Shown here: positions 61,347 through 64,000 of the stretch, piece after piece
How positions within the stretch are numbered: the first letter of the stretch is position 1
How the letters are laid out: each line of letters starts with the position of its first letter
From: Balanoglossus misakiensis
Lineage: Eukaryota > Animalia > Hemichordata
Assembly: GCA_040954595.2 (NCBI GenBank)
Contig: CM082577.2
Span: 14,081,903-14,145,902 of the forward strand
Reading direction: 5' to 3'
DNA: 64,000 bases
The notes under the pieces: generated by a model
What the model was told of the DNA's origin: nothing
The model's database searches: none
Seen by the model: only the letters and a program-made list of their open reading frames with translations
Position numbers and translations under genes: made by a program

Positions 61347-64000
61347 AGGACAAACCTTGTCTTAATCAAGACCAAGATCCAATTGAACAGGAAATTCCTG
61401 ATTTGTATCCTGCCTGCGCAGTTACTCGAGCTATGTCGAGAAAAACGTCAGAAAATCTTGATGAGTTTAAAACAAACGTCAAAGACGTTGATTTGACTGA
61501 CACGTTTCTTAGTCGAGTGTTTGATGCCCAATTACATGAAACTCCCTCTGATCAAAGTGAAATATCTTCTAGGTCACATCTTATTGATGAACAACATAGG
61601 GATCTTGAGATTTCATGCTTGTTTGATAGAGTTACTGATGAGACTGATATTTCAGAGAATTCTGTCTGTTATTATACAAAATCTGGCATACTCATGCGTA
61701 AATGGAGACCTCCAGATGTTTTAGTAAGTGATGTTTGGGCAGTGAAACATCAAATTGTTGTTCCAAAGTCTTACCGTACAGAAATACTCCGCCTTGCCCA
61801 TGAAACGCCCATGGCTGGTCACCTTGGTATAAGGAAAACATATCACAAAGTTCTTGGTCATTTTTACTGGCCCGGTATTCGGAAAGATGTTGCACAATTC
61901 TGTAAGTCTTGCCACACATGTCAAATGGTAGGGAAGCCAAATCAAACCATTCCAAAAGCTCCTTTACAGCCAATTCCTGCATTTCATGAACCATTTAGTA
62001 GGATACTCATAGATTGTGTGGGCCCCCTACCCAAAACCAGATCAGGAAATCAATATATGTTGACAATAATGTGTACAAGTACTCGCTTCCCTGAAGCCAT
62101 ACCTCTCAGAGATATAAAAGCTAGAACTATAGTGAAAGCTTTAGTCAAGTTTTTTACACTTGTTGGTCTTCCGAAGTCTGTCCAGTCTGATCAAGGTTCA
62201 AATTTCATGTCTGGAATTTTCCAACAAGTCATGGATCAGCTAGGCATTAAGCAGTATAGGTCTTCTGCGTATCATCCTGAGAGCCAAGGTGCTCTTGAAC
62301 GGTTCTATCAAACTTTGAAAATCATGATTAGGGCGTATTGTTTTGACACAGAACAGCATTGGGATGATGGGATTAATTTTCTTCTATTTGCAGTGCGAGA
62401 GTCTGTTCAAGAATCTTTGGGTTTTAGCCCATTTGAACTTGTGTTTGGGCATACTGTGCGGGGACCACTTAAATTGCTTAAAGAAAAGTTCTTATCAGAT
62501 GAAAGTGAGAGTTTGAACCTCTTAGAATATGTATCCGATTTTCGTAGCAGACTTTCTAGGGCGTGTGAATTGGCTAAAGAAAGCCTGAAGTCATCACAAA
62601 GGTCTATGAAAGCAAAATATGATAGAAATACTTCCAAACAGAAGATTGAGCCTGGCCAAATAGTGCTAGTTTTTCTTCCGGTTCCCGGAAAGCCACTCCA
62701 AGCCCGCTATTTCGGTCCTTACACCATTGATAAGAAGTTGACTGATCTAAATTATGTCGTGGTAACTCCTGACAGGCGTAAACAAAAACAATTGTGTCAT
62801 GTAAATATGCTTAAACCCTACATAGAAAGAAATAGGTCCAATACTAAAGTTGCAGTTGCACAACCTGTCAATGCAGTCAGTTCTAATATTTGTAATGATA
62901 GGGAAGTTGATTTGTGTGAAAACATTCTATGTGACCGACTGAGCACAGCCAGACTCCAAAACTCTGATATTCTCCAAGATATGGACTCCAAGTTGTCACA
63001 CCTCCATCCGTCACAGCAACAAGATGTGAAAGAACTGATTCACGAATACAGACATTTGTTTCTGGATATTCCATCAAGGACAAACACCATTCATCACGAT
63101 GTTGATGTGGGTGATTCCCGGCCAGTGAAACAACATCCATACAGACTGAATCCCAGCAAAGCTAAATACCTCCGTGAGGAGGTGGAATATTTGCTTGACA
63201 ATGACTTCATTGAAAGAAGTAAAAGTAACTGGAGTTCACCCTGCATCCTCGTTCCCAAACCTGATGGAAGCTACCGAATGTGCACGGATTATAGAAAGGT
63301 CAACTCCCTTACAAAGACAGACTCTTTTCCTATTCCCAGGATTGACGACTGCATTGATCGAGTGGGGAAAGCCAAGTATGTAACCAAATTTGATCTGCTC
63401 AAGGGCTTCTGGCAAGTCCCTCTGACAGATCGTGCCCGAGAAATATCCGCCTTTGTTACACCCGATGGATTGTTCCAGTACAAAGTGATGCCATTTGGAA
63501 TGAAAAACTCATTTCAGCGCATGATGAATGACGTCACATCTGGACTAGATGGATGCGACGCCTATGTTGACGAAGTAGTGATATATTTGGACACCTGGGA
63601 TGAACACATGAAAATGATGCGAACGTTCTTTGAACGATTAAGTAAAGCAAACTTGACTGTCAATTTGACAAAAACTGCTTTTGGTTGCGCACAAGTGACA
63701 TACCTAGGACACTTTGTCGGTCAGGGCGAGGTAAAGCCAATTGACGCCAAAGTCAGTGCGATTTCTAATTTTCAACCGCCGAATTGTAAGAAACAGCTGA
63801 TGCGCTTTCTTGGAATGGCTGGATACTATAGAAAATTTTGTCCAAATTTCTCCACCATTTCTGAGCCTTTGACTCGTTTACTCAGAAAAAATACGAAATT
63901 CGTTTGGTCAGATCAGTGTCAGCAGTCATTCGACAAGTTGAAAGTCATACTGAGAAGTGCCCCAGTTCTCTCAGCGCCAAATTTCAGTTTTCCATTCAAA
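61268..64000 (+). CDS. pol: Gypsy Pol continuation: integrase followed by RT (Gmr1 order), runs off the window
   Basis: HETPMAGHLG..CKSCHTC, IDCVGPLP, QSDQGSNF, YHPESQGALER (integrase); then QHPYR, WSSPCILVPK, MCTDYRKVN, FDLLKGFWQV, MPFGMKN, AYVDE (RT), RFLGMAGYYR. No stop seen to the window end. Confidence 0.9.

Overview
Eukaryotic, AT-rich, repeat-dense animal DNA with GT-AG introns. The gene content (hevein-like exons, F-type lectin, TRIM filamin/NHL remnant, Gmr1-type Gypsy, DIRS/Ngaro) suggests an invertebrate deuterostome such as a hemichordate; this is inference. Genes reconstructed by hand: (1) a giant acidic 33-aa tandem-repeat exon on the minus strand that runs off the left end; (2) an intact 7-exon secreted protein of 321 aa with a signal peptide, a hevein-like Cys module and three PCSK9 C-terminal-like modules but no protease domain; (3) a small Met-Gly-start beta-rich protein; (4) a PIDD1-like LRR-ZU5-ZU5-UPA-death-domain gene lacking both autocleavage motifs, ending in a CaaX box and carrying three lesions; (5) a gene with five tandem hevein-like exons, a Pro/Thr linker and an F-type lectin domain. 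Also present: a TRIM2/3-like pseudogene, a ~3 kb inverted duplication with conserved splice sites and nested insertions (Transib-like element with a LINE inside, Kolobok-type MITE), a truncated DIRS/Ngaro element between 300-bp direct repeats, a Gmr1-type Gypsy element at the right end, and many MITEs and tandem duplications. Best candidate for a new system: one 171-nt phase-1/1 hevein-like exon cassette shuffled onto different recognition domains. Domain calls rest on motif recognition by eye; no database search was run.
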